This document shows positions 40,401-48,259 of a DNA stretch of 64,000 bases, one piece after another (the first letter of the stretch is position 1; each line of letters begins with the position of its first letter). The notes below the pieces were generated by a model. The model saw nothing but the letters and a program-made list of their open reading frames with translations, did not search any database and was not told the origin of the DNA. The stretch covers positions 2,245-66,244 of IMG/VR virus record IMGVR_UViG_3300034044_000048. One strand, given 5' to 3'. Position numbers and translations under genes: made by a program. This DNA is from a virus. Lineage: Duplodnaviria; Caudoviricetes.

Positions 40401-43298
40401 TTATTTAATCAAGAATATGCAAAACATTATAACCAAATTGAAGATTTAGAAAAAGATGATCAAATAAACTTTGTTTATGAAAAACTTATATCAAAATTAG
40501 CTTTAAATAGAACTTTAAATCCAAGAAAAATATTTAAAAGTTCTGAATCTTTAGCAAATGAAATCTTTGAGTTAATGGATATTTACCCAGAATTAAAAGA
40601 AAAATATTATTTGCTATCACAATTAAAAATTTCAAGTACTAAAACTGATGATTCTAAAAAAATTAAAATAACCAATTTAGCATTAATTGATACAAAAGTT
40701 GATTCTGATATTTATAAGTTAATGAACTCAAATATGTTAGATTTAATGTCTGAAGATAACATATCAGTAAACGATAGTCCGGAAGGTGTTGATATTACTT
40801 GGTTTGAAAATAGATTAGTTGCTGAATATTTTAAAACTTTACAATATGCTGCTTTTATGCAATCTGGTTTAAATACTAAAGACTTTTTATCTTTAATAAG
40901 AATAATGGATCAATCTTTAATAGCTAAAGAATTAGACAATGTAAATATTGATTCGCTATTTTACAGACCAAATTTTTTTAAGGGATATAGCTCTTTATTT
41001 TATAATAATAATTCAATTAATAATGTTGCAAATAGAAAGAGATTTAAAAACTATTTTGATTCTATACTGTTTCATGGAATGTCTAAATCAAAAAGTGTTA
41101 ATACATCTGATGAAGAATCTTCTATTGATGAATCTTCAGTTTTAAATCCTGAAGATTTTGTAAATCATTCTGGTGGAGCCTATGGAGCAGATACATTATG
41201 GGACATTATAGGAAGAGAATTTGGAGTAACTGATCATAAGCATTACAGAGATAAAGAAAACTCTAATTTATCAAAGAAATTAAAAAACATCACTAATGCT
41301 ACTATTTTAACAAAAGATCAAATAAATGAAAGTAGAGAAAAAGTAAATAAATTACTCAATAAAAATTATAAAGATGATATACAAGGTAATTTACAAAGTC
41401 GTAATTATTACCAAGTTAAAAATGCAGATGCTGTATTTGCTATTTCTAAATTAAAAAACAATAAAAGAGAAGTTTCTGGAGGAACTAATACTGCTGTACA
41501 ATTAGCTATTATTATGGAAAAACCTGTTCATGTTTGGGATGTAAATACTGAAAAATGGTACACATATAAAAATGGAAAATTTGTTGAAGAAGATACACCT
41601 ACTTTAACAAAGAATTTTGCAGGTGTAGGTACAAGAGATATAGAAAATTATAATACATTTAATAAAGCTACTAAAAAATGGGAGTCTAGAGAACAATATG
41701 TTGGTGATGAAAAAGCCAAAAAGGCTGAGCAAGCTATAAGAGATGTATATGAAAAGACATTTAATAAAAAGTCATCACAAACTACACCTACATTACAAGA
41801 TGTATCAGAGTATTCAAATGGTAAAACAGAAAGTCCTAATGTTGTTATTCCAAAAAAGTCTTCTAAAATACAACCGCCTAAAGGTACTATTAATGTGTAT
41901 TGGGGACAAAGCGAATCAGAAAAATCTACAAGAATATTATCAAATCTTGCACCAAGAAAATTTACTTATACTAGTACAGATGGTATAGAAAGAGAATATG
42001 GTTCTGTCGAACATGCTTATCAATCTAATAAAAATGGTAAATTTGATAAAGCTGTATATGATGCTTATATTAAAAAGGGGGGATATGGTGTAAAAATATC
42101 TCCTAAATTAACTGAAGTTGGTAAGAGGGGTAATTTACAACTTATGAAAGATTTAGTTGTAGAATCTTTTATACAGAATCCTAATTCAGAAGCAGCCAAA
42201 AAATTATTAATGTATGAAAATTTTACTCATAATACTAATCAATTAATTGATAAAGCATTTTTAGAAGGATTAAAACTAGCACAAAAAGAATTATTTGAAA
42301 TAATAAAAGAAATAAATAAAAATGTTGATATATCTGATAATAAGACTTTTAACACTAAAGTGTCTATAATAGATAAATATGATGTTAATATAGTTAAAAA
42401 TAATCCTGATAAAATTTATATATTTGGAGATAATGTTGTAGGTAAAGGTAAAAAAGGACAAGCTATAATTAGAGATGAAGAAAATTCTTTTGGTATTCCT
42501 ACTAAAAAATTACCATTTACTTCTGAAGAATCTTACTTTTCCGATAAAGAATTTAAAGAAAACAAAGAGTATATTGATAAAGCTATAGATAAAATAAAAA
42601 AGGATGGAAGAGAAATAGTATTTCCGAAAGATGGTATAGGAACAGGATTAGCTAAATTAAAAGAGAAAGCTCCTAAAACTTGGGAATATTTAAATAAAAA
42701 GTTATTAGATGAATTTGGATTTAATAATGAAACAGGTGAAGTTATAAGACAACAATCACAAACTCAAGAAACAACACAACCTGTATCAGAAACACTGACA
42801 GGCAGAATACAAAAAAAATACCCAAAAGAAATTGAATGGGAAACTTTAGCTGGAAAAGCCGATACTAAAAAATTACAAGAAATTGCTAATTTAAAACCTA
42901 ATAAAATAGTTCCTTTTAAAAAGGGTACACCTTATGGGGATATTGTAGAGAAATTATATGGAAAACACGCAGCAAGATATGTAAGAGATACAGAATCAGA
43001 ACTTTCTGAAAATGAAGGAGAATTTTTAAGAGATAATCCGGAATTTGCTAAAAACTTTATATCAGATTTTTTAGAATCTGAATTAGGAGAAGGCGAAACA
43101 ATGCAATCTTTTGCTAAGAAATTACTTGAAAAATATGTAATTAAAATAGATACTTTTCAAACTTCATTGTTTGATAATTATTATGTATCAGAAATACTAA
43201 CAGAAAGTGGAGATACTATAGAATCATTAGGAATAACCCAAGAAGAATGGGATAACTTAACCCAAGAAGAAAAAGATAATATTATTAAATGCGGATAA
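31494..43298 (+). CDS. Giant virion-packaged RNA polymerase polyprotein (zincin + crAss-type RNAP + SLOG + NADAR-like + macro-like domains)
   Basis: RIPVQG (~38121) and SGADFDVDK catalytic motif (DFDVD 38238-38252); HESWH zincin motif at 33696-33710. The ATG at 31494 after an A-rich leader is preferred over the TTG at 31470. Confidence 0.85.
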   Translation: MNCALTPKKLENLYIYNFKILLKYTNDDKKEFNLKEHIKSIYDSIYNKSKDSNLATLYAQQVPRMTVLAISNDRELSKTIRKKGLDVAELYDFDDRYEDFEEVIKDLSNDSDQSVKEEDVESIRDEIKETAKRKQTNPKPEGTPEDIEKEEDKKESNKKEIKRDIYSAKPSTALALTGQEEKFNEETGLWEEDPEKSFYYDFLRLIFDKSNDGYIDAENLKIGNHKGFKIKVISKSKLPIDKAMPDEQELFKNEPSRMPDYEKGIGAFITDLEGNILYFDKNYNTVSKEEGMPIYFNLRTPIKNEDGSFYLMKAKIQTPEEILNNELRNGGFDVAEYKKEYPELYKQSLKEIYNVQQEELKQISKIRNALNEDKNKEFLLKINAVSRGMLNYSYNSYEDPNNINWDKSDVSFNPVKIINDGDVRPGEFKGGIFLRIPGQRSIRLQSKNISDKDINIILELLFNPDLKLNNKPLSFDMRKHLLETLVYTNKNSFQLIKSSDKFIVKVEGKLIDITSEKSLLEAKEKVKEILTKPYSKNSSFNTIYGIYNFKTNDKNNIDEVVSIKDNKVELKEVPFDVYAKSHTLLKINLSNKSEKTLKYANNYLMFSVEGEIVKEEEERKEEEGKEGIKKSDTSQKKIAKIKNPTIKKERKKIVRRKREKITRKKKDHLEANKKILLKNSKKQIDKAKKWFDNSELSKYIKLEDLTSIINSEAWAKFKDSAITLYKGSNYTLLYHESWHAFSQQFLSKTEQITLYKAFEKTRLGKDLIERKTEEEERELTEEEKYLVLEEYIAEDFREFMIYGTSELYDNKKVKSIFKRILNFLKSIFTKEGRFKLKIKKYFNDLKTGNFKQYDQSQLNYYFTGKDLHARFEPVEGVEEDYNISEDDTIRLIKSTDSLLLSLIHEENIKVKSSKFLMSVLQNPKKNLPFFMDKVYDKLIDRYNELIEELETIENDNEYLILDEKVNALETLISHFGLNEDNIFESTGFVKLYLEKSILNTLEVDLSKEQSFFEKQLSDKEESLLEKLDVYTKFLLSINKERDEYGNLVKDEFGVPKLLPFNDAYALIKSLSYQNNDSPKTIINKLKEELSNNRNYWVKELIDNLGDPNTGDTDLFRLQSKFWQDFFYSKTPLIQTNIDLKNQNSNTQQSRTVDVKVGEASAVHRNLANDITSHFKTVRSNRFIKFVEGVGNVLDTDAILKKYNEKYTASNNYNEFFKDIGLNLSYKPDLKNKDSDILRDAAGRFITLIREKNKIGYQITDIIKDLREKTIYYEKDVKKVLEGENTSLRNVLNLELKNSIKYANVGLSTPDGNVKFEDHQFSTIDILIKDINNLNHYSEIYKYPHLSEFWIENNDWVKNSAIFHSLFIWNESLQTFEDRNKSVKLEKKEISGTQVIEDDHSNLDYSAKTSNVDESTRILQDIHNGLLLGAFSNITPSDKGTIISVTTNVVSSYKNEDTASKTKRLYVDYQGFGKLVGKHNAAIVKAGNIMIGYLDAELKRINKVKKHQETGEELPNILGYTVPDSRGNIRGLEFGILDDVLNFKKGLKEKLLKLENADSLKSFENLELYNEFLDAVNDYFNWSYEQTLGAIEPSLFFITKEILNTAKKQLKDLGFENKDLTLEALRRVALKTYVVNSFLHHAENFIFSYGDLAQYKDIFKRNYAFQSQGNMHRTDQEAVDFVNGVLGRPFEKKYKKEKGIDEPIRRYDNKLNTVVFEEVTVQSELIGVNDDGSYKEYTKAVIEDLIERGYSKELAIEIEKIVNKAYYSMDEGDAGACLNFDTYRILSYLNDSWSDKQEELYQKILNNPEEILTTDILEYFPPRKFQYFGALEMSKFNAKALHKYSLFPLIPTVIKNTNLERLSEIMYEQGIDYATYESGSKVSTIVPKGKKSGETLYSDLKNRILESRENGEPLVKNVIYTHFLKDQLKINSKFKKKTIFSTQLRTLIEDSLIENGIPVDFEKDLPFFDRKEKWESLTELEKFKKSFFYSKFRRYENKISKYIEVQKILLKKELGLYDQNSDKTKLVSVIKEELSREDLAEHELDFIRVDENGKLDIDLSFSPSAAKIERTLNAIVNNRIVKQKMKGESLVQVPTTLFEPRKATQAEKKKYGATNDMKSYTKDPKTGKTNAAEFKIALQGDFKKLLHLKHKDGKKIMVYKKRIYTKPDGTTKYIKEVDQKESLKRLNETIQDAEWRSKEENKRLISMIGVRIPVQGLNSMEHMIVWEFLPEEAGNIIIPPSEIVAKSGADFDVDKLTVLFPGLELINGEVHFIEDTNDSSSAQESLDKVESLKEKIKELEKQKNDLRKKYSLEYSKISNSELTEKQRLERNEILKPFYDESDELEPYADLIESQIDKLESIKNKSKKQQQKLEELYEQYDDIMNKIDDLYDRFEKAKKEIGKKFFEEKFKKFEETRDAELNPVLNELKSLKLETLSNSTSAIQNSILIEMRDILSLEYNFLNLIRPNSTDLFTSGGGIVDEMSTYKDSYFKSTSPTRALEPKKNANVHARNSIGKSTLGISANANVFNTLLNRIGAVLNHSYRTKKGEKRKVFIKLNHNKIGNNISLSNIFSKDGVRISDIINQLMNGYVDIAKEDWVFDINAGQEAAPTLLFLIMAGVPYKEAIYFLSNPLIKEYIKERQNLASSFSKATGYSAESIVFNKNKAKFNILSKFEELEFVLDYDKSSVKQGKLYNYTYNKLKKVDTFDVERIGKMFFEEALDDEEALLGFLHFLQLEDIGKHLNYFRKAVKLDTVKNTTLFDAINKENEIKKLSEVGLLDESYIKKAFEETPTGKFRVGPYQLELWQPLFKIRTHPRVTSYLSDVYDTYKFNKDVRMTFNDEEKYIEEFKNDLIIAIFENSLLPKSESILNEGSYKGVEIIKTDEDLLIELFEEDEEIKFKINLEKLKEAYDKSLFSETKSSLENSFDKLGLNSLPLYTFSDGYFDSFFNYMLELTYLRYDFHIDYLKHTRLFNQEYAKHYNQIEDLEKDDQINFVYEKLISKLALNRTLNPRKIFKSSESLANEIFELMDIYPELKEKYYLLSQLKISSTKTDDSKKIKITNLALIDTKVDSDIYKLMNSNMLDLMSEDNISVNDSPEGVDITWFENRLVAEYFKTLQYAAFMQSGLNTKDFLSLIRIMDQSLIAKELDNVNIDSLFYRPNFFKGYSSLFYNNNSINNVANRKRFKNYFDSILFHGMSKSKSVNTSDEESSIDESSVLNPEDFVNHSGGAYGADTLWDIIGREFGVTDHKHYRDKENSNLSKKLKNITNATILTKDQINESREKVNKLLNKNYKDDIQGNLQSRNYYQVKNADAVFAISKLKNNKREVSGGTNTAVQLAIIMEKPVHVWDVNTEKWYTYKNGKFVEEDTPTLTKNFAGVGTRDIENYNTFNKATKKWESREQYVGDEKAKKAEQAIRDVYEKTFNKKSSQTTPTLQDVSEYSNGKTESPNVVIPKKSSKIQPPKGTINVYWGQSESEKSTRILSNLAPRKFTYTSTDGIEREYGSVEHAYQSNKNGKFDKAVYDAYIKKGGYGVKISPKLTEVGKRGNLQLMKDLVVESFIQNPNSEAAKKLLMYENFTHNTNQLIDKAFLEGLKLAQKELFEIIKEINKNVDISDNKTFNTKVSIIDKYDVNIVKNNPDKIYIFGDNVVGKGKKGQAIIRDEENSFGIPTKKLPFTSEESYFSDKEFKENKEYIDKAIDKIKKDGREIVFPKDGIGTGLAKLKEKAPKTWEYLNKKLLDEFGFNNETGEVIRQQSQTQETTQPVSETLTGRIQKKYPKEIEWETLAGKADTKKLQEIANLKPNKIVPFKKGTPYGDIVEKLYGKHAARYVRDTESELSENEGEFLRDNPEFAKNFISDFLESELGEGETMQSFAKKLLEKYVIKIDTFQTSLFDNYYVSEILTESGDTIESLGITQEEWDNLTQEEKDNIIKCG

Positions 43299-43321
43299 TA
43301 ATAAAAAATTAATAAATATAT

Positions 43322-46300
43322 ATGGCAAATTGTATAAATAAATCACTTCCTGAATTTAAAATTCTTGTTCAAAAAACAGGAATGAATAAACATATATTGG
43401 CTGCTAAAATAGCTATATGGCAAGATAAAAATAATACATTAGGTGTATTTCCAACAATAGAACAAATAATTGGTGATAACTCTACTAAATTAACAAATGT
43501 ATCTAATCAAGAAAGACTATATCAAAAAGGTTATATTAATGATAACTTAAAAGAAACTGAATTTGGTATTAGAGATTTAGCAGCAAGATTAGCTAATAGA
43601 ATTGGTGGAGAAGTTGAATTTATTTCTGATTTAACAAAAGATTTTTCTGGTTATAATGAAGGTAGTAAATATGTCATCAACTTAGCCAAAGCCACTTTAG
43701 ATACACCTATACATGAAATAGTAGGACATCCTATTATTAGAGCTATTAAAGATAATAAAACTATTAAAGACAACTATAAGGAATTACTGGATTCTGTTGA
43801 TAATATTGAAGGTGATTTTACTACTTATGAGAAAATAAATGGAAAATGGTATAGTGTATTTAATGGTATCAATGGAAGGGAATTAACTAAAGAAGACCCT
43901 AACTCTGATTCTTTTAAAACTGTAGTAAGAAATGCCAAATCTTTAAAAGACAAGTTTAAAAAAAGAGAAGAGTCTGAATTATATCAAAACTTACTAAAAG
44001 AACTTGAAACAGGTTATGGTAAAGAAGTATTAGATAGAATTAAAAAAGAGTATGTTTATAAAGAAATTAGTACTTCTTTACAAAATGAATTAAATGATGA
44101 GGATGATTTTGATTTTGATATAGCTAAAGAACTTGAAACTAAAACTTTAAATGGTAAAAAATATATACACAGAATACAAGATAATATAGGAAGATGGTAC
44201 GAACAAGTACCAATGTCTTTAGAAGAACAGCAGGAAGAGGCATTAGTACAATTATTAGGAGAACTTACAGCAGGGAAAATAAAAGAAACTAAAGAAAATA
44301 AAAATCTTATTAGTTTACTTAAACGGTTGTTAAAAGAAATGACTGCTTACATGAGAAGTTTATTTAACTCTAAAGAAATAGAGATAGATAAATTATCAGC
44401 AGATATGACATTAAACGACTTAGCTAATTTACTTGCTTATACGAATAGTAAAATTATATTACCTGGAAGTAGAGTTGAATATACTACTCCTGATAATAGT
44501 AAATTTAGTACTTATCAAGAAGCAAGTAATCATATTAGTAAATTGTTTAAAGAAAGTAAAGATGTTGATTTAAGTGATGTTGGTTTAGATTTAAGAAAAA
44601 AAGTAAATAATAGTATTGAAATTCCTGTTTCTAAATTTACAGATGAATTTACAAATGATGTATTCATTAAAAAAGACAATAGTTGGTACTATGAAAATAC
44701 TGACAAAAAAGTTGATGATGCGTTAATTATTCACACATGGAATAATAATATTTCTGATAATGTAATAGGTAAATCCGGAGTAGAAGGTTTTATAGAAAAA
44801 AATAAACCATTTGAACAATCTAAAGAAATAATAGAAATTTGGAAGAAAGAAAATAATATTAAATATAATCCTGAAGAAGTTTATTCAAGAGGGCAAGGTT
44901 TTTATTCTTCTATTGGTGCTTATAGTACTATAGAGTTAGATTTACTTTTACAAAATTTATTACACCATATTGAAGATAACAAAAAAGCTAGTGGTAAATT
45001 TGCTATATCTGCATTTACTAAACCTGTTGGTAAAAGAATAAAACATTTAGAAGGAGAATCTTCTGTTAGATTTAAAATATACCCTAAATCAGAAGATATA
45101 TTATGGGCAGCACCTACTGATGTATTTAGTGGAAGTGTATGGGATGCTAGTGAAAAAGTAAGTAAGAATAAAAAATCTGAATTACTAGGTGTATCTCATA
45201 CTAAAGCTCCTTCTTTAAATAATATCAATGAGGTAAGCCCTAATCTTGCCGATATTATTGATAAAAGAAGTCATGATCATAATGAATTGGGAATTGAATT
45301 AACTCATACTAATTTTAGATTAGAATATGATGAAACAGTTCCTTATGAAATTAAAAAACTTGTTAATTCTATTAATAGTATTTTAGATAGTAAATATGGT
45401 AAAATAGTTAAGCCTGAAATTAAACAAAAAGGAGAAAAAATAATACAATATGGTATATTTAGTGAAGGTGCAAATGATATATTAGACTGGTTTGATACAA
45501 AAGAAGAAGCTCAAGCTAAGGTTGATGAATCTAATCAACAGCTTATAGATTTAGGACTAAATCCTGATTTTAGTGTCAAACCTATTACCAAACCAATAGG
45601 TATCCAACCAACTAAAACTAAAGAAAATACTACAAGTATTGAGAGTGTTAAAGACAAGGTATTAAGAAATACTGATAAATATGTATTACAGCAACATGGG
45701 GATAAATTTGTAATATATGATATTGAAGAACAAGAACCTTTAGATATTTTTGAGAATAAAGAAAATGCTTTAAAAGAAATTAAAAAATTAACTGGACAAG
45801 AAAGCTTAAAAGAAAAAGAATACACTTCTCAAGCATTAACTAATACTAAAATAGCTATGCTTAAAGAAATAGCTAAAAAATACCCAAGAAGTTTAATTAC
45901 AAGTAAGGTAGTTAATAATCAAAGTAGTGAAAGACAGTATCAAAAAAATAAAAGAACTAAAGATGTATTTAATCAAAAAGAATTTAAAAATCAAGTTAAT
46001 TATTCATTAAAAACTGTTGATATATTATCTTCTGATAAAGCCAAACAAGTATTTGCTAAAGGAGAAAAGAATGGCTGGAGTTTAAATAAAATTCTAACAG
46101 AACTTCAAATACCTAAAGAACAAAAACAAATTATATTAGATAAGAATATAAAAAATCCTAATATACTTAACAGTAAAGAAGAGTTAGATAAAATAGCTAA
46201 TAGTAATTCCAGATTATCTAAAGTTGCTAAATTAATAGCTAATAAAATTTCAAGTGCTACTAATAGAATAGTTTATGCAGATTTTAATATTATTGATAAA

Positions 46301-47299
46301 AGTAACGCAGCCGGAGTAGCATATAGTTCTTTAGAAGATGGAATATTAAAAACAGATGTAGGATTAAATAAAAGTACTATAGAACAAGTAATTAAATATA
46401 GAAAAGATTTATCTGATTTTAAAGAAGAAACTATAGTTCACGAAGAAATACATAGATTTACTCAGTTATTATTTCAAATAGATAGAGTAAAAGGCGATAA
46501 AACATTAAAAGAAATAGGATTTAGTAAGGCTGAAATAGATTTTGTTGAAGAAGTAAAAAGTTTATATTCTCAATATAAAGCTACTAATAATACTAATAAT
46601 GATTTTAACCAACCTAATACTTCTATTGAAGAATTTATTACTTATGGTTTAACTAATGGTGAGTTTATTAAACACATATCTAAAATTAAAGTAAAAAATA
46701 CTACTGTATTAGAAAAATTAATATCTATACTGACTAAACTTTTTGGAAATGATATTTCTATTAAACAAGCATTAGATAAATCTTTTGAAGATTTTATGTT
46801 AGCAGATACCATATTAGAAGAAATATCTGAACAATCAGATTTTTTAAAACCTGATAATTTTAACCTAAGAGAAGAAATAATCACATCTTTATTAAATGAT
46901 GTTAATAAATTTAAAAATTTAAAAGATAATAGATCAACATTAGAAAAGGAATTAAAATTTAATTTTAAATCTTTTAAAGATGAAACAGAAGAAAATAAAA
47001 ATATAGAAGGTTTAAGATTAAAAATTGATCATTTTGAAGTAATTAAAAATGAAGATGGTTATTTTTATAATAACGGTAATGAAATTACAGATGAAACAAT
47101 AATTAATAAATTTGAAATTAGAAAAGAATTAAGAGAAGGTAAATTAAGAATTGGAGAATATAATAATAATAATTATTTTGTGCTATCAAATGGTAAGATA
47201 TTAGGCTCTGGTAAAACTAATTTAGGTAAAGAAACAATCTCAGATCCTAAAATAAAAGAAGAGATTTTAAAAAATGCTATTAAATATAAAAATTGTTAA
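43322..47299 (+). CDS. Large polyvalent-type cargo protein with two zincin-like motifs
   Basis: HEIVGH (43712-43729) with downstream EEALV, and HEEIH (46439-46453) with downstream EEFIT. Confidence 0.65.
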   Translation: MANCINKSLPEFKILVQKTGMNKHILAAKIAIWQDKNNTLGVFPTIEQIIGDNSTKLTNVSNQERLYQKGYINDNLKETEFGIRDLAARLANRIGGEVEFISDLTKDFSGYNEGSKYVINLAKATLDTPIHEIVGHPIIRAIKDNKTIKDNYKELLDSVDNIEGDFTTYEKINGKWYSVFNGINGRELTKEDPNSDSFKTVVRNAKSLKDKFKKREESELYQNLLKELETGYGKEVLDRIKKEYVYKEISTSLQNELNDEDDFDFDIAKELETKTLNGKKYIHRIQDNIGRWYEQVPMSLEEQQEEALVQLLGELTAGKIKETKENKNLISLLKRLLKEMTAYMRSLFNSKEIEIDKLSADMTLNDLANLLAYTNSKIILPGSRVEYTTPDNSKFSTYQEASNHISKLFKESKDVDLSDVGLDLRKKVNNSIEIPVSKFTDEFTNDVFIKKDNSWYYENTDKKVDDALIIHTWNNNISDNVIGKSGVEGFIEKNKPFEQSKEIIEIWKKENNIKYNPEEVYSRGQGFYSSIGAYSTIELDLLLQNLLHHIEDNKKASGKFAISAFTKPVGKRIKHLEGESSVRFKIYPKSEDILWAAPTDVFSGSVWDASEKVSKNKKSELLGVSHTKAPSLNNINEVSPNLADIIDKRSHDHNELGIELTHTNFRLEYDETVPYEIKKLVNSINSILDSKYGKIVKPEIKQKGEKIIQYGIFSEGANDILDWFDTKEEAQAKVDESNQQLIDLGLNPDFSVKPITKPIGIQPTKTKENTTSIESVKDKVLRNTDKYVLQQHGDKFVIYDIEEQEPLDIFENKENALKEIKKLTGQESLKEKEYTSQALTNTKIAMLKEIAKKYPRSLITSKVVNNQSSERQYQKNKRTKDVFNQKEFKNQVNYSLKTVDILSSDKAKQVFAKGEKNGWSLNKILTELQIPKEQKQIILDKNIKNPNILNSKEELDKIANSNSRLSKVAKLIANKISSATNRIVYADFNIIDKSNAAGVAYSSLEDGILKTDVGLNKSTIEQVIKYRKDLSDFKEETIVHEEIHRFTQLLFQIDRVKGDKTLKEIGFSKAEIDFVEEVKSLYSQYKATNNTNNDFNQPNTSIEEFITYGLTNGEFIKHISKIKVKNTTVLEKLISILTKLFGNDISIKQALDKSFEDFMLADTILEEISEQSDFLKPDNFNLREEIITSLLNDVNKFKNLKDNRSTLEKELKFNFKSFKDETEENKNIEGLRLKIDHFEVIKNEDGYFYNNGNEITDETIINKFEIRKELREGKLRIGEYNNNNYFVLSNGKILGSGKTNLGKETISDPKIKEEILKNAIKYKNC

Positions 47300-47302
47300 A
47301 AT

Positions 47303-48259
47303 ATGGCAGGAACATGTAACATAAAAAAAGAAATTAGAAAAAAAGTTAATAAAGAAATTTATGAAATTTATAAAAATTATGAAGTATTAAACTCTTTTTC
47401 TAAAGCAACTGAATTAAATAATAAAATTAATAATTTATATAATTACAATATATCAAAGATAATACCTATAGATGATAAATTCAAAGTAGCAATAAAAGAA
47501 AACAATTTGGAAAAAGTTATTGAAGAAAAAACAATAAAACAAATTTCTTTACAAGAAAAACTTGAAAAAACACATTCCTTTTTAAAAGATGATTTATTTG
47601 TATCTAATAAAACATCTAAAAAAAATAATATTAAGGAAGAAGTTAAAAATGACAAATATTCATCTAAATTATTACTTGAATCAATTAAAAAGCATTATGG
47701 AGATGATGCTTATGAAGTGAGAAGAAATCTTATTGAAGATATTGGTAATATTTTTAAAGGTAATGCTAATTCAATAGTGATTAATGAAGAATTTCCATCA
47801 TTAATAACTGTTAATTATAATAAAAGATTTAGACCTAAAACTGATAAACAAGCTAAAGCTATGTTAATTTCTAATATAGAAAGGGTTAGAAAAAGAATAT
47901 CTGAAAAGTTAGGAGATAAAGTTAAAGCGGACCAATGGATAAAATTTGGATTTAATGGAAATAATCATTATGTTTCAATTAACATTCCTAATAATTTTCT
48001 AGTTTTTATTAATGAAGAATTTGAAAAATATTATATAGAAGAAGAGCATAAAATAAATAATACTAAAACATTTACAGGTAGAAATTTAGATTATTTTAAT
48101 AATGATGAAGCTTTATATGAACAAGAAGAACTTAATTTAAATAATTTAACTAAATTAGAAGTTTTAAATAATTTTACAAAAAGTGAATGGTCTAAATTGA
48201 CTTATAAAGAAAAAAATAAAATAAACAAAGAGGGAACAAAAGATGAAATGTGCGATTAA
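47303..48259 (+). CDS. Hypothetical cargo protein with terminal cysteines
   Basis: 318 aa; MAGTC start, MCD end; C-terminal motif resembles that of the RNAP polyprotein. Confidence 0.55.
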   Translation: MAGTCNIKKEIRKKVNKEIYEIYKNYEVLNSFSKATELNNKINNLYNYNISKIIPIDDKFKVAIKENNLEKVIEEKTIKQISLQEKLEKTHSFLKDDLFVSNKTSKKNNIKEEVKNDKYSSKLLLESIKKHYGDDAYEVRRNLIEDIGNIFKGNANSIVINEEFPSLITVNYNKRFRPKTDKQAKAMLISNIERVRKRISEKLGDKVKADQWIKFGFNGNNHYVSINIPNNFLVFINEEFEKYYIEEEHKINNTKTFTGRNLDYFNNDEALYEQEELNLNNLTKLEVLNNFTKSEWSKLTYKEKNKINKEGTKDEMCD

